A stretch of DNA of 64,000 bases from Vicugna vicugna (taxonomy: Eukaryota): the NCBI GenBank assembly GCA_013265495.1, contig MU063048.1, positions 4,407,469 to 4,471,468 on the forward strand, written 5' to 3'. The notes below the pieces were generated by a model. The model saw only the letters and a list, made by a program, of their open reading frames with translations. It ran no database searches and was not told where the DNA came from. How positions within the stretch are numbered: the stretch's first letter is position 1; the number at the start of each line of letters is the position of its first letter. The position numbers were made by a program, and so were the translations under genes. Below, one piece after another: positions 34,761 to 48,011 of the stretch.

Positions 34761-37700
34761 TGACTCTGCCTTTGCTGGTGTCTGTCCACGGCGGCACACT
34801 CTGCTCGTGTGTCCGCCCAGATTTAAAGGCCAGCCTTGTACACAGACAGCAGCAGTTTCACAGACAGAGCTCACCACGAGCCCTCCCCAGAGCGAGGAGG
34901 AGGATGAACGAGAAGAACACGGATCAGTCACTGACGCTAAAGGGTGTGGTGCTTGGCGCGCGAGGCCCGGCAGGCGGACGATGAGCAGGACCCTCCGTGT
35001 GCTCGGCCGCCAGCCCCACTCACTCACTCGTCTGGTTCTCCTCTCTTTGGACGAAGCCTCTGTTCTCCCACAAAAACATGTATTAATTCCAAATATATGT
35101 ACACACACAAGTAAAATAAAAGCAGGATAAATCCTTCACGCTGACAGTCTCTGTAAAGAACGCCATTGATAAGACAAGCTCCAGGTAGGTTCTAGCTCTG
35201 GGTTTGCAGTTTCGGGTCTGGTTGGGCCAGACTGAACACCTCTGAGGAGCTCTGGTAAGCGTCTAAGCCCCAGCCGGGGGGCAGCGGGGGGCCACCGACC
35301 AGCTCCAATGGGTCTTCTGCCGATTTCTGGGATGTGGACGCTGCTGGACTTGGGGCTGCTGGGGTGCTGGCCTGGCTGTGGGTCGGCGATGCTCCGCTGC
35401 CTCTGCGGGTTCAGTGTTTCTTCCCCAGGCTGCGTTTCGGGAAGAACCCAGACCCCTGTCTACACTGCAGCCGACCTCACCGGGCGGTGGGCACTGCCGT
35501 GTGTGGGTGTGAAAATAGCCCCAGCTACTCGACGGACCAGCTCCTCAGACACATTCCTGTGGTTTACTGGATGTTTTTAGTAATTTAGTCACAACTTTAA
35601 GTGTCTAATTACAGGATTTCGTTTTTATTTTTGAAAGCAATGTAGTCTTGACGCAGGCGGGCTCTCGGTGCACACCCTGCCTTATTAACTGTCTCCTCCT
35701 GGCAGACCCAGTGCAGGGTCGCCCCCGTGTCTGGACCCCTCGCAGCGCTGGGTTTTAGCGCTGAGGGCTCGGTCAAGGGGAGTTAAACTCCCCTCCTCGT
35801 CTCGCGTGGCTCCTCTGAAGTGGCGAAGCAAGCGTCCTAAGGGCGTCGGCTGGGTGTGGTCAGTCAGGACCAGGGACCTGTGCTTTCTGGATCCATCTGC
35901 TTCTCCCAGCTCTGGCCAGCTGTTAGTAGGAGTCCATTTACACAGCTGCAGGGCCGGTTGGGCTGTTGTTCCCTCCTGGGAAAAGCTACCATCACCCAGT
36001 AGGAGCGTTCGCTTTAAATGTCTTTCTGTGAAGTCCGGCTCACATTGTGAGGAAAGCAGGATTTGCGTGCGATCACTCTAAGAGTAAAGTGATGAATGTC
36101 TGTCAGGTGCCCCCTGCGTGGGACTGCGCCCACCAGGCCGTCCGCACCAAACCCTCCCGACCGCCTTCGTTCCCGTGTCAGCGGACGAGGGCTGAGGTCA
36201 CTGACGTGGCTCGCCCGGGTCGGTCTCGTGCGGCCAGCAGGTGGCAGGGCCCGAGTCTGACCCCTCCTTGCCCGGGGCCGCTACCCCAGGGCCACGTCAA
36301 GCAGGGTCCTGGGAACTCACCGGCCGGACTGGAGCTCCAGTGACGCTGGGTTAGGACACGGAGGTTTCAAGGTGCCGGTGTGCCCCGGGAGCTCTCATTC
36401 AAAGCACTTAGGGCTGGCGTTCCCACCGTCTCCCCGAGGGAGGGAGGCTGCCCCTCACTCTGATGCCGTGGCAGCCTCCTGTGTCCCGGCCTCCACACTC
36501 CGCCTGGAGTCACTGCGTCGGGTCTCCTCCTACAGGGCACGGATGCGCCAGCTCCCGGACTTTCAGATAAAGGCCAAGCCCCGGGGTGCGTGGTCCAGCA
36601 AGCCCACCCACAGACACTCCTCCGGAACCTGACCTCTTCCTTGGATTCAGCCTCCACCGGAGGCGCAGGTCACAAAGCGTTCTCGTCTTAGCGTCACCAC
36701 TGCTGTGTATTCGCGTAGCATTCTTGTTTAGAGGAGCTGGTCCAGGAGTCACATTTATGGAAGTGAGGCTTGGAGAGCGTGTGTTCAGATGGCACCGGGT
36801 GGGAAGCGGCGGGTCAGAACTCGCCTGGCAGACTGTGGCGGGAGCGTCTGGTGTAGACGGGCCTCCGCCTCATGCAACTGGGCGAGGGTTTCGCGCGCCC
36901 GGCCCAGGCCCACGCGTGCGCGGGGGCTTGTGGGGTGGATGCGAGAGCACGGCCCTGCCCCAGGCCGGTCACCGTCCTGGTGAGGGGATTTAGCAAAATT
37001 CAAGAGGGCCGCAAACACCTGACCCTGGGAAGGCGGTCGAGGGTGCCGCCAAGCATCGGGTGAGCAGGGAGGCCCGAGCCTGGGTGAGCGTGGCCGGTAA
37101 CGACTCGCCCGGGAGGAGCGGGGATGGAAGGCTGGGGGCTGCGGAGACGCAGAGCAGCCTTACAGCTCGACGTGTAAGCGGCGAGTGAGCCGGCGACTAA
37201 GGGCGACCTCGGGAGACACACCCCGAATGAGCGGGGGCCTCTCGGAGCGCAAAGCGGGTGAGGTCAGAGAGCCCACGTGGAGGCTGAAGGGCTTCGAAGC
37301 GCAGAGCACGGGCCTCGGCAGGTGGCTACATGGAGTGTTAGTGTCATTATAAAGAACGGAGCACTTTCTCCTGCACATGTGACAATTTTTTCCTCTATTC
37401 CTAAAAATCATATTGGGGGAACATCTCTTTTGCCAAAGTCCATAGTTCAGGTTCTGCCCCCAGCCCAGGTGGGCGGGAATGGCCCACGGCTGTGCGGTTT
37501 CGTAAGGGACCCAGGATGCGGGTGAGGAGGGGGGTCTGCCCGACCTGCGGGAGCAGGTCCCTCAGGTCAGGGTCTGGGCAGGGTTCCTCTCGAGCCAGGA
37601 AATGACTCCAGGGAGGAACGTGGCTGGGAGACGCAGGAGAGCCTTCCAGCCGGTCCCTAGAGGGCAGAGGCCGTGCCCCGCCCGGCAGAGAGCAGCGGGG

Positions 37701-38987
37701 ACCGGGCTCCCCTCTCCTCGGTGCTGGCCGTGACCCTCGGTGTTCCCGCAGCTCCCTCTGGCCGAGCAGAGGCCGTCAAAGAGCAAAGATGGGAGGAGAG
37801 AGGCCGGGCCGGGACCCTCTGTGGGCGGCACCGGGGAGGGGGGAGCAGGGTTGCCAGTTGCTGCCGTGACTGCAGCCCTGTCCGTCACACAAGCTAACCG
37901 TCGAAATACACTCACAGGGCGATGCTCTGGAGGCATGTTGGTGCAGCGGGAATACACTTGCACCGCCACCGACCACGCAAAAATCAGAATGATTTCCCTG
38001 TTGGAAGCCGACCCTGAGGCCCCTCTGGCCTGCGTAGCCAGAGACTCAGTCTGCTCGGCGCCGGGGCCCCAGCTGCCCCGTGCGGTCAGGACTCGCGGTG
38101 CCCGCTGCGCTGCTCACCGTGGTCGGGAGGCCGGCCTGCAGTGCACACTACGTGTGTCTGCGCTGTCGTCCGCAGGCCGCTGATTCTGATGCTTTCTGCC
38201 AAGTTTGTGCCCAGGGTCTGGGCCGGGAGCCCCATGCCCAGGGCACAGCTCCCTGGGTGACTGGTTGCCGTGCCCCCATGAGGGGCTTCCCCCAACGGGC
38301 TCTGCGGGGCTTCACCATGTCCTCACCCCTAAGAGGCCCCAGCCCCCGTCCTCTCCCCAGATGGGTCACCTCCCCGGCCACAGGCCCCTCTGCTCTTCCT
38401 TTTGGGGTGCAGGGGGTGGGGGGCTTCATCCTCCTCCCGGGTGTCTCTCTGTCTGAGGGTAGGTCCAGGTAGGTCCAGTGGGTCCCCGGCCACCGTCGGG
38501 GACTGCAGCCCCTCCTCTGCCCTCCAGATGGGAAACACGATGGAGCCTTAAAAGAGGCCGGGCCCAGTCCCGGAGCTACCCCACCCTGAGCGCACCCCGC
38601 GGACCGGGGTCCTGCTGTCGGGGGACTGCGCTGTACGCTTTCCCTGCCCTTCCGACCCTCGGGGGTGCGAAGCGCAGGGGGCGGCAGGCTGCCAGCGGGA
38701 TGCTCGCTGGTTGAAGTTGGCTGAGTCGCCTCTGCTCAGTTAATTGCCCTAATTGCTGCTTCACTGCACGGCTGTTTACTTGCTGCCTGATGCTGTTTGT
38801 GTCTCGCGTTGTTTACCTGGCGCTCCCGGGGAGCGCGTGGTCGGCCCGTCGCCAGCTCTGAGGATGCACAGAGAAGCGTGAGCGTCCTCACCATACAGGT
38901 GCGGCAAGTCTTGGAGACGCACAGAGGTGCCCTAGGAATCTTACTACCTCTAGAAACAGCTGCCATCTCTCGATGAACCGTGAGCTG

Positions 38988-39097
38988 AGAACTTACACGG
39001 AGCCTCATTATGTCTTCCCAGCAACTCAGTGAGATAGAAACGATTATCAGGGTTTTGGAGACGAGGAAACGATGAAACAGAGAGACCAAGGCCACAG
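38988..39097 (-). mobile_element. MIR SINE fragment
   Basis: ttcccagcaactcagtgagatag ... ttttggagacgaggaaacg ... gaccaaggccacag. Confidence 0.6.
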
Positions 39098-39779
39098 AAC
39101 GAGGAGGTGGCAGTCGTGGTGTGCGGACCTGGGTACCTGGGCCGGAGACATCCTGTTACCTTAGTCACTATGGCCGTTAAGGAGCCAGCTTCTGGTTTTG
39201 GATTCTAAACGCACGAGGCAGGAGGCGGGACAGGACACAGTCCCTGTCCCTGCCTGCCCTGAGTGCTGCCCACATGCTTGCTGATGGCGTCCCCATTAGA
39301 AAGCCTTCTTTTTCAAAGACCGTATTATGGGCACATTTTGCTCTTCATTTCTTTTTCTCCTATTGTGCTTTTTCCCTCAAATTTTTATTGCGTTAAAACA
39401 CTAACGCAAGTAACGTAAAGAAAATGGTTACAGTTGGGCAGAACCGCCAAGGCGAACTAACTCGTTCAGCCTGCTCGTTTTCAACAAGGCCGCTGTTGCA
39501 GTGAACGTTCAGGGTTGCCCGGGGCTGACCACACCTGCACACGTGGCCTGCAGCTGTGGCCCCGCTACTGCGTTTCCACTCAGCTGACTCCGGGCCCAGG
39601 GAAAACGGATCTGAAGGGAGGTGCGTTTGGCCTGATTAGAGGGTCAGGCGGTCCGGGTGTGGCCAGACAGGGCTGCCTGGGGCAGAGTGCAAGGGGTTGG
39701 CGCAAAAATGGGGACAGAACCATCTGATGGTATCCCAGGGGACGTTCGTTCCCTTCCTCTCCTGCGGAGCCTTCTTGCA

Positions 39780-40330
39780 CTCTCCTTATTTCATGGCTTT
39801 GCACACCATCTCTCTGTCGCCCAGGCTGGTTGCCAAGTTGTTTGCCTAATCGACGTCCCTCATCAGACCATCTCCTCTTTGTTCCACCTTTCCCCCTTTC
39901 CCAAACTATTCTCCAGACTGTCAGAGTCAGCGTTCTAGAATACAAACTCGCTCGTCACTCCTTGCTCAGGATTTCTCAGACTCCAAAGGTCTCCTAGGTG
40001 AAATCTCAACTCCTTGTCACAGCACCGGAGGTTCTCTGTGACCGGGCGGCCGCCACCTGGCCCACATTCTCTTATTTCGCTCCCGACATCCTGTGCTCTG
40101 ACCGTGTCCGGCTACTGGCAGACCCCCCAGTGCTCATTCTCTTTAGTGCCTCGTTCGCTTTCCGGATGTTCTTCTCTCTAACTAGATTCCCTCCCCCATT
40201 TATTATCCCAGCTACTTGCATCTGTTGTTTCATATTTCAAGGACAATCAACCCTTCCTCTTGCAGCAAGTCTTTCTTCTCGATTACCCACTTCAAAAGGG
40301 TGGAAAAGGCTACCCTCCCCGTCTTGGTCT
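39780..40330 (+). mobile_element. L2 LINE 3' region
   Basis: tattctccagactgtcagagtcagcgttctagaatacaaactcgctcgtcactccttgctcagg ... aggtgaaatctcaactccttgtcacagc matches the L2 3' consensus. Confidence 0.75.
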
Positions 40331-40424
40331 CATCTTGCTCTGCGCATCTTCATCCATCACGTCGCGGTTACCACCTCCACCATCATCGCCGTGCTCGCCA
40401 CTGAGCGGTGACTCTCCTGTCACT

Positions 40425-40545
40425 GATTCACCAAATATTTGTTAAGTACCTACTATGTGTTAAAGCTGTCCTTGGTGCTGAGAAAACCTAATGTGGCCCT
40501 GCCCTGCTAGAGTCTAGGGCACGAGACAGACAAATCTCAAACCAA
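40425..40545 (-). mobile_element. L2 3' terminus
   Basis: gattcaccaaatatttgttaagtacctactatgtgttaaagctgtccttggtgctgag ... gccctgccctgctagagtctagggcacgagacagac. Confidence 0.85.
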
Positions 40546-41099
40546 CCAACAACTGTAACGTTACAAAGTAAAATGTGTGACATGAAACAAAAGAACCGGG
40601 AACGAGAGCGAGAACGCAAGGACGAGGACGGCTGCCAGGACCACGGGCTCCAAGTCCAGAGCTCTTTGCATGCACCTCTGCTTCCCAGAACGGGGGCGGG
40701 GAGGCGGGCGAGGGCCAGCAGGACTGTGCTGGTCGGGCAGTAACTGACTCGGGAGGAGACTCTTGAGAGAGGCTCTCACACCAGACTGGGTGGAAACAGG
40801 ACGCTGCAGTGAGCGATTGGCTGGCCTTCTTGATCTCCAATTTGCAATGAGAAGATGAGCTTGGGTCTGAGATGAGGCTGAGCACCACCTCAAGGGCTCT
40901 TAAAGCAACATTTGCTGCATTTTTTTCTAACAAGGAAAAGCTGTGCACAGAAATAAAGAGGAAATGCCAGAGAACAGAGAAAGGCACAAAGATAATACAA
41001 AAAAATATCAAAATCACTAGCATTTCTGCCGCCCAGATCTAGACAGTGCGTTTCTGTTTCAGATACATACATGAACACGTGTGTATGTCTGCTTATTCA

Positions 41100-42330
41100 G
41101 AAAGGTCTGTCGATAAATTTTAAAATACATGAATTTAAGAAGTTGAAATAACATACAGAACAGAGTGGTAACTTGCTTTTTTTGGTTGAACAAGTAATTG
41201 TGGACATTTTCTCAGGCCCCTAAATGCTCCTCTGCAGTGTGCTTTTCAGGGGCTGCACAGAACTCTGCTGCACGTTGGGAAAGTGCGTCCTTTGCAGGAT
41301 CTTCAGCTGCTTCTGACGTTTGCTATCGTGCTTAATAATCTCAGGATACTTTTTTCTTTTGCACGAATCTGATTGTTTCCTTACATAAAATTCTAGAAGT
41401 AGAGTCAGTAAGTATGTCATTCATCATGAAGTAAATGCCGTTTTCTGCCATTTTGATATGTTTTGACAAATTGCCATATAGGAAGTTTACACCAGTTGGC
41501 ACGTCCACCCGCAGGTGTGAGAATTCTCTGCACACCGCCCCCCCCCCCCGCTGTGTTCTCAGACGCCCTGCTGTCCCGTCTGCTTCGACACTCTCCGCGC
41601 CCTATTTGTGTTCTTCTGGTTTGAATTGCCTTTCCAAGTCTTGCTCATAACTCTGTTGAGGTCTTTCATAATAAAATGTCTTCTTTGTGAATGTAAATAT
41701 TTAATATTATTTAATAAACAGTTTAATCCTAGTGGTAATAATGACAGTAAACACGTAGGCGCTAATGCTGTTTTATCTCCTTTAACCCTCACCTCCTGCG
41801 AGATACAAGCAATTATTATCTCCATTAAAATAATACAAGTTTATGAGGGGTAAATGAGGCACCCACGCTCACAGTCGGTAACACGGTGTGACTTACCAAG
41901 AGCTTCGTTCAGAATTTTAGCCCCTTGCCTGTCTTACCGTTTTAAGCTCTCGCCTTCTGGTTTATTGTTCATCTTTTAATCGAACGAATGCTCTTTCTAT
42001 GGAGAGAATTTCAAATTTTTATGTAGTTCTAAATGTTGGTGTTTCATTTGTTTCATTTTCTTCTGCACATATGCTTCGGAACACTGTCCCTACGAGGGCT
42101 CAGATGAGAAGTGAGCTTTATTGCCTTCTAGTTTTATCCCTGGTAATTTTCTGTGTGTGATTCTGCAGTCCATTTGAAATTTATTTGGGTGTGTGATGTG
42201 AATTAGAAGTAAGATTCTTTATCAAATAATCCGTTTTCCCTTCTGATTTTAAACGCAGCTTTTATCAAACGTGATGCCGTCGCACATACGCGTCTACATA
42301 AACCTCCACATCTGTGTCTGAGTCCGGGCT
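41100..42330 (-). mobile_element. Ancient L1 (L1ME-type) 3' region
   Basis: tttgctatcgtgcttaataat; attttgatatgttttgacaaattgcc; gaatttcaaatttttatgtagt; tttatttgggtgtgtgatgtgaatt; ttttcccttctgatttt. Confidence 0.7.
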
Positions 42331-42921
42331 CGTCCTTGGCCCTGCTCCGTCGATCCGCCGTTGATTCTTGCTCCCAAATCACTCTTTACATCTGTGTCGG
42401 CGTCTGACGACGCGAGCTCTCTCTTTCTTCTTTGGCCCACGCGTCCTGGCTCTTCTCCTGGGTGCCATTCATCACGGCTCATTCTGCGTGGGCCCCGTGG
42501 CTCTGCCTGGCCCTGGTGTAATTTCTTACCCACCTACAAGCTGCCTGGCGTTTGGTTGGCCAGGCAGAGCCCTGTAGGGTGTCTTTGAGAACTGTCGTGG
42601 GACTTCCCGTCCCTGAAGGTAGAGCTGAGGAACCACCGGGAAGATCTGGCCTGACCCCTCTGTGCGCCTGGTGCCCGGCCCCTCTGGGCGGTGGTCAGCA
42701 CGACTGGGGCTCCACGGACGCCCGCAGTGGATGGACACTGTGTCCTGTGTCCTGTGTCCTTGGCTGCTGCTCTGAGCCCTCAGACTGAGCCTCTTCACCA
42801 GGAATGGTTCTGGTTAATCCAACGGAGGGTTCACCTAGACAAGCATTTGACAGAAGAGGTGCCACGGGTGGTGTCCAGGTGAACTCAGAGACCCCCAGGT
42901 GCCAGGAGCATCAGTAAATTA

Positions 42922-42992
42922 GAGCTGAAAGGACCTTGGGGGTAATCTAGTCCCACCCCGGCATTTTATAGACGAGGAAAGTGAGGCCTCCC
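42922..42992 (-). mobile_element. MIR (MIRb/MIR3-type) fragment
   Basis: gagctgaaaggaccttgggggtaatctagtcccaccccggcattttatagacgaggaaagtgaggcc. Confidence 0.75.
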
Positions 42993-44237
42993 CCAGACAG
43001 CCCCCTCTGGACAGCCCCCCGGCGGGCCCAGCACGGGGCCCAGGGGCCTGGCTTCCCATCCGGCGTCCGCTCCTCGGGACTGGCTGCCTTCCTGACCAGG
43101 GGTTGTCATTCTCAGTGGCGAAGTTTAAACACCTCCCATCAGCATGTGGAAAAGCTTTCTCCCAGGACCCCTCAGGGGTGTCCCTCCGCTCAGTACACAC
43201 TTGCATCTTATCTTGACAGAATCTGGGCCAGAAGGGACCCCTCCTCCCTGGACCTGGACAAAAGCCACGTGTGCTGAGGGCTTGTGACGTTGCCACGCGG
43301 CCCCTGAGGAGAGGGCCGGCAGCCCAAGGCGGGCAGGGCTGCTCCGAGCTCCTCGGCACCCCTGAGAGCCTTGGCTGGTCCCCCAGAGGGCCGGCTGCTC
43401 CTTCAGTCCGCCTGCAGTTTCTCCTGAAGGCCGAGGGTGGGAGGGACCCACTCACCTCTCCAGTGGGAGACGGCAGTGAGGAAGTAAAATTTGGGAAGGG
43501 ACGCGGCACAACTGATTTTCCACCATGAGTTTTCTGAGCATCTCCACGGGCCAGACCCTGTTCCCGGTGCCGGGCAGCTACGCTAGAAGAAGAGAAAGAG
43601 CCCTCCTGGGGCGTGAACGCTGTGAGAGGAACTGGGCAGCAAACGACACGGGGATTAAATGAGCACGCTTTCTAGTCCCTTAGGGGGTGATCAGGGCTGT
43701 GGAGACGGGGGTAGTGGGGGAACAGCTGACATTCGAGCCGGGACTGGAGGTGAGGGGCGGGCCCTGTGCGCGTGCCGGCTGGGGCTGGGGCGCACCAGGC
43801 GGGGGGAGCTGTGACCTTTGAAAGTGTGCGCACGCCCACCACCCGCCCTGCGCACACCTCAACACCAGGGAGGCCTGCTGCAGAGGGCCGAGCACGCAAA
43901 CCCACAACCCTTCTCCAAAGAAAGAAACGAAGAGGAATGACACACGGAGGGGGACAGTCATTTCACACGCAAACACACACACAGCAGGGGAATTACAGGC
44001 ACCCAGATCTTTGTGCTCGTGACAACGCGAGAGGTGCCCAAGGCCCTCCGGTCCCCTCTCGCAGCCACGTGGAGGATTTGCATGCTGGCTTCTCGTAGTT
44101 ACATGGTACCATCTGTGCTTTCTGGATTTATACCCAAAGGAACAAATTTTGGAAAGAAACCAAGAAAGGCAGCAACAGGGAGAGGTGGATAGGAGGGGAA
44201 AGGAGGCAGAAGCAAGAGTGGCCCTTCCTCCTGCCCA

Positions 44238-44470
44238 GCTGGGCCGGGGCTGGGCCGGGTGGACAGGGCTGAGCCAGGGCCAGGGCCTGGGTGGATAAAG
44301 CCGGGCCAGGGATGGGGCCTGGGTGGACAGGGCCAGGGCCGGGTAGACAGGGCTGGGCCGGGTGGACAGGGCCGGGCCAGGGAAGGGGCCTGGGTGGACA
44401 ACGCCAGGGCCGGGTAGACAGGGCTGGGCCGGGGATGGGCTGGGTGGACAGGGCCAGGCTAGAGAGCAGG
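44238..44470. repeat. G-rich minisatellite with GGGT(G/A)GACA cores and GGGCC/GGGCT pentamers
   Basis: Eight copies of GGGT(G/A)GA(C/T)A. A 71-bp higher-order duplication is visible (44321 vs 44392; 44341 vs 44412). Confidence 0.92.
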
Positions 44471-47400
44471 CTGAGTGGGGGCAGACCTGGGTCCCGCGTG
44501 GCTGGTGGCTGGAGGTTGTCTCATTGGCAAGGTTCTAGGGAGGAGCCCCAGGCGGCAGCTGCCTGCAGGCCCCTGGGAACCCCGACGAAGGGTCCTCCAC
44601 CTGCAGTCTTCCGCGCCGTCCGCACTACACCCTGTCAGTGACCACGCAGGGCAACCTGTGGGCGTGCAGAGTCTGACTGTCTGGTCTTTAGCTGAATGTG
44701 CCTCTGAGACGTCTCCATCCCACAGCGGGAGGCCCTGTGTTAGGGCCTGTCACACCCATGCTGGTGGGCAGCCTCAGCCCTCCACGTCCACAGCTTTTTC
44801 CAGGATGTACGAACCAGGAGCTGGAGCGAGACACGTGACCTCTCGGGCTGCGCCTTCGTCCAGAACCACCTGCTCAGACTCTAGACTGGGCTGGAAGGAG
44901 GGCGAAGACGGGGCTGGGGAAGAGGCCCCTGAGGTCTCACGTGTGTCTGAACCTTTGAAAAGACCTAATTCTGGGCACCCAAGTGCGGGGGGCCTGGATG
45001 AGCGTCGTGCCTGTATGTCACCCCGGTTCTGCTCAGGTCTGTCCAAGTCCCAGGATGTGGTCACTCTAGGGGCGAAGGGAGGGGGCATAGAAATGGAAGA
45101 TACTGAACATAAACCAAGTCCAGCCCTTGTCCTTTCAGTGTTCCAGCGTCACTGACAACCTTCAGCTGTTAATTAGTCGTTTCACAAAAGTCTGTTCATC
45201 TGAACGCCCAGACGCCAGGCCGCTGTCCCTGTAAGCCCGCGGAGGAAGGTTTTCTCTTGGCTTCAAGGTGGGCGTGGGTCAACTCTGTCATCTCAAGGGG
45301 ACGCCTGACACTAACAAACCTGGCCTCCCCGCATCTCGTCCCAGCCCTGAACGCTGCCACGTGCACGCAGGTGCTCCTGGCGTTAAGTTTTCTCCCGGGA
45401 GCCCAGGCCGGGTCCCGGCGCCCACCTACCTGCAGGGAATGGGAGGGTCGAAAGCAGTGTCGGTGGCCGACGAGACGCCACTTCTTGGCTGGTTTCCATC
45501 GCACTCGGGTTTCCAGCTGAGCCGAACGTGCTGTGTGCCTCCCCACAGGCTGCGACAGGCCCACTCCAAGAGACCAGCTTTGGGGTGGGCGGGGCGCACT
45601 TGTTTCCACATGTGGCCACCGGCTGCGCAGTCTCCCCTGAGGGCAGCCCCTCGGGAGGACGGGCTGCACCCCGGCTGGTCGTCCAGGGCCCGGGAGCCTC
45701 CTGGGGGCTTCTGCCCCACCCGCAGCCCTGACACTGCCCTTTAACTGGAATAAGGACCCCCCCCGCCCCCACTTCTGATGTTTTATCTGAACCCCTGGCA
45801 GAAGCCTAGCTTGTAATTTTTTAATTAAGACGCCGGCGCTTGGAGAGGTGGTGACAGCGGGGCTCCGGGCTCGTCTGGCCCGTCACAGGCTCCAGGACAG
45901 GGCTGGGGCCGGGTTTCAATCAGGTTGCAGCATGAAGTTAGGATCTGTGATAATCTAATTACTCACGGGAACAGAGGCTCATTGAAATGGGAGGCACTCT
46001 TGTTGCCCACACGCCTGTGCCTTTCCGTGCTCTGCCCTTGGACTGAAGTTTCTCACCAGCAGATTGAAAGTTGGACGTGTCACGAGACTGGTTTCTCCCC
46101 TTCCAGAGATTACCTTCCTCCTGGGCTCTCTTGGGCAAATAATTCGGAGTGCTGGTGGATTCCACCTGGCGGGGGGGTTGCCACCCCCTGGTCAGAATGG
46201 AGCTTGCAAAGCGGTGTCCCTTCAGGGCTGTCCTGTGAGGCCACTTTACCTGCCTCAGAGGGCCCCTGGCGTCCTTGCTCCCGGAGTCCCTGGTCTAGGC
46301 TCTACCTCCCAAGGGTGACGCATGACACACCTGTCTTTCCAAGGAGCTCCTTCACTCCATCACGACCCTCATCTCAGCCCCTTGAGCAGCGGGCAGTGGG
46401 GTCCTGTGGGGCAGAGACGCGGCAGCTGAGTTAGATGGAGGACCCGAGAGCCTGAGCCTGCGCCTCCAGTGGAAGAGTCGGACACAACACAGCGACAAGA
46501 GGTCCAGGCGGCCCCGGAGCGGAGCGAGAGGGCTGCCAAAGGCGGGCTGGTCTCAGACGGGCTTGTGGCGTTGGCGATCGGTGTCGGGGCTGAGGTTCCC
46601 AGGAAGCGGCTCATCCCTGAAGCACAGGAGCTTCGACGTTCGTGAACCAGAGTTCCTCGGCCTGAGCTCGGCCTTGCTGAGCTCTGGGAGGGGACGCTTC
46701 CTCCCCTTACGTCACGTGCCCCCGGTCGTCTCAGTTTCTGCCTGTGCTCCCAAGGTCATGGCCAGCAGCGCCCTTCCGCTCTCGAAAGCGCCCGAGTTTG
46801 GACAGCAAGGGGTGCGGCCGTTCCCGGTGATGCAGGTCGGTCGCTGCCTCCCTCCCGCGCATCTCGGGGACACCCCGGGCGCAGAGGCCTTCTTCTCCCA
46901 CGTGCGTATCCTCCGAGCCGCTCTTCAGTCTCCTCCTCTGTGGGGCCGTCCTTACGACGGTCTCGGTGTCTTGGTCTGTGACTCCTCTGGTCTGCGTGGT
47001 CTCTGGGTCTGTCTGCTTTGATGACGCCCCCACCGTGGACTGCGTTTGCCTGCTCCTTGTGTGCTGCTGATTTCCGAGTGGGTGGCAGGACTGCCGTTTT
47101 TGTCTCGTTGGGTGTCCGGTGTTCTCGTGTTCTTTCAGGTTCTCTCGGGCTCTGTCCTGGGACACCGCGAGCCACCTGAAAACAGCCCGTCCTCCTGGAG
47201 CTCGCTTTCGAGCTTGGTTGCATGGCACCAGAGCAACCTCCCTTTAGGGGTATTTCTTCCCTTCTCAGTACGCCTTTTCACATCCGCGTTCTGGTCAGAC
47301 GCCGCTGGAGAGAAGGGGGGACCCTCGGCACACCCCTGCAGCGCCGCCCCTGGCAGGGCTCTCTTTCCCACGAAGCTCCCTTCTCCCCATTACTCTGCTT

Positions 47401-48011
47401 GGCAAGCTCAGCCGTGCCCGCTCGGCTTAGGGAGGCCGCCAGGCGTTGCTCGGTGCCTCCTTCCTGCACTGTTGCTTCACGGAGCACCCTCTCCAGGCAG
47501 CAGCGGTGCCATCCCAGGGCTGACCTCGTCTGCTCTCTTCTCTCAGGAGTCACTCTCCTGTGCTGCCTGTTGGCCGATGTCTGAAATTCCAATTTCCTTT
47601 TTATTGTTGTCAGTAAAGGCAGGAGGGTGAATCGGATCCCTGTCACTCTGTCCCAAACAGAAGTCCACACCCTGAATTGAGGGCCATTCCCACCGCCGTG
47701 TCCTCCTTCCCGTCGGGCTCTCCTCCCGTGTCAGCCTGACCGCGTCCGTCCCCGCTGCTCGGTGTCTGCTTGTTTCCGCGGTCTGTTCTCCTCGTTGCTC
47801 GTTTAGTTCTTGTCTGTCCTTCCTTTCACTCTTCCCAGCTTCTGCACCAGGAGGCTGGTCTTCCACAGGCCTCACCATCTGTGGGGTCAGACCATAACTT
47901 CCATTTCAAAGATGGGCTGACTTCTCTGGCCGTCCGCTGGCGTCCACCCTGCTCCCGCTCTCCTGCTCCTTCTGTCTATGTGTTTATGCACTTGTCTGCT
48001 TGTCAGCACCT

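Noticed and set aside
37930-37990. Ig-like motif REYTCTATDH in plus ORF 37740-38183
   Set aside because: Lacks the DxGxYxC context and upstream Cys/Trp of Ig domains, and has no plus-strand splice sites around it.
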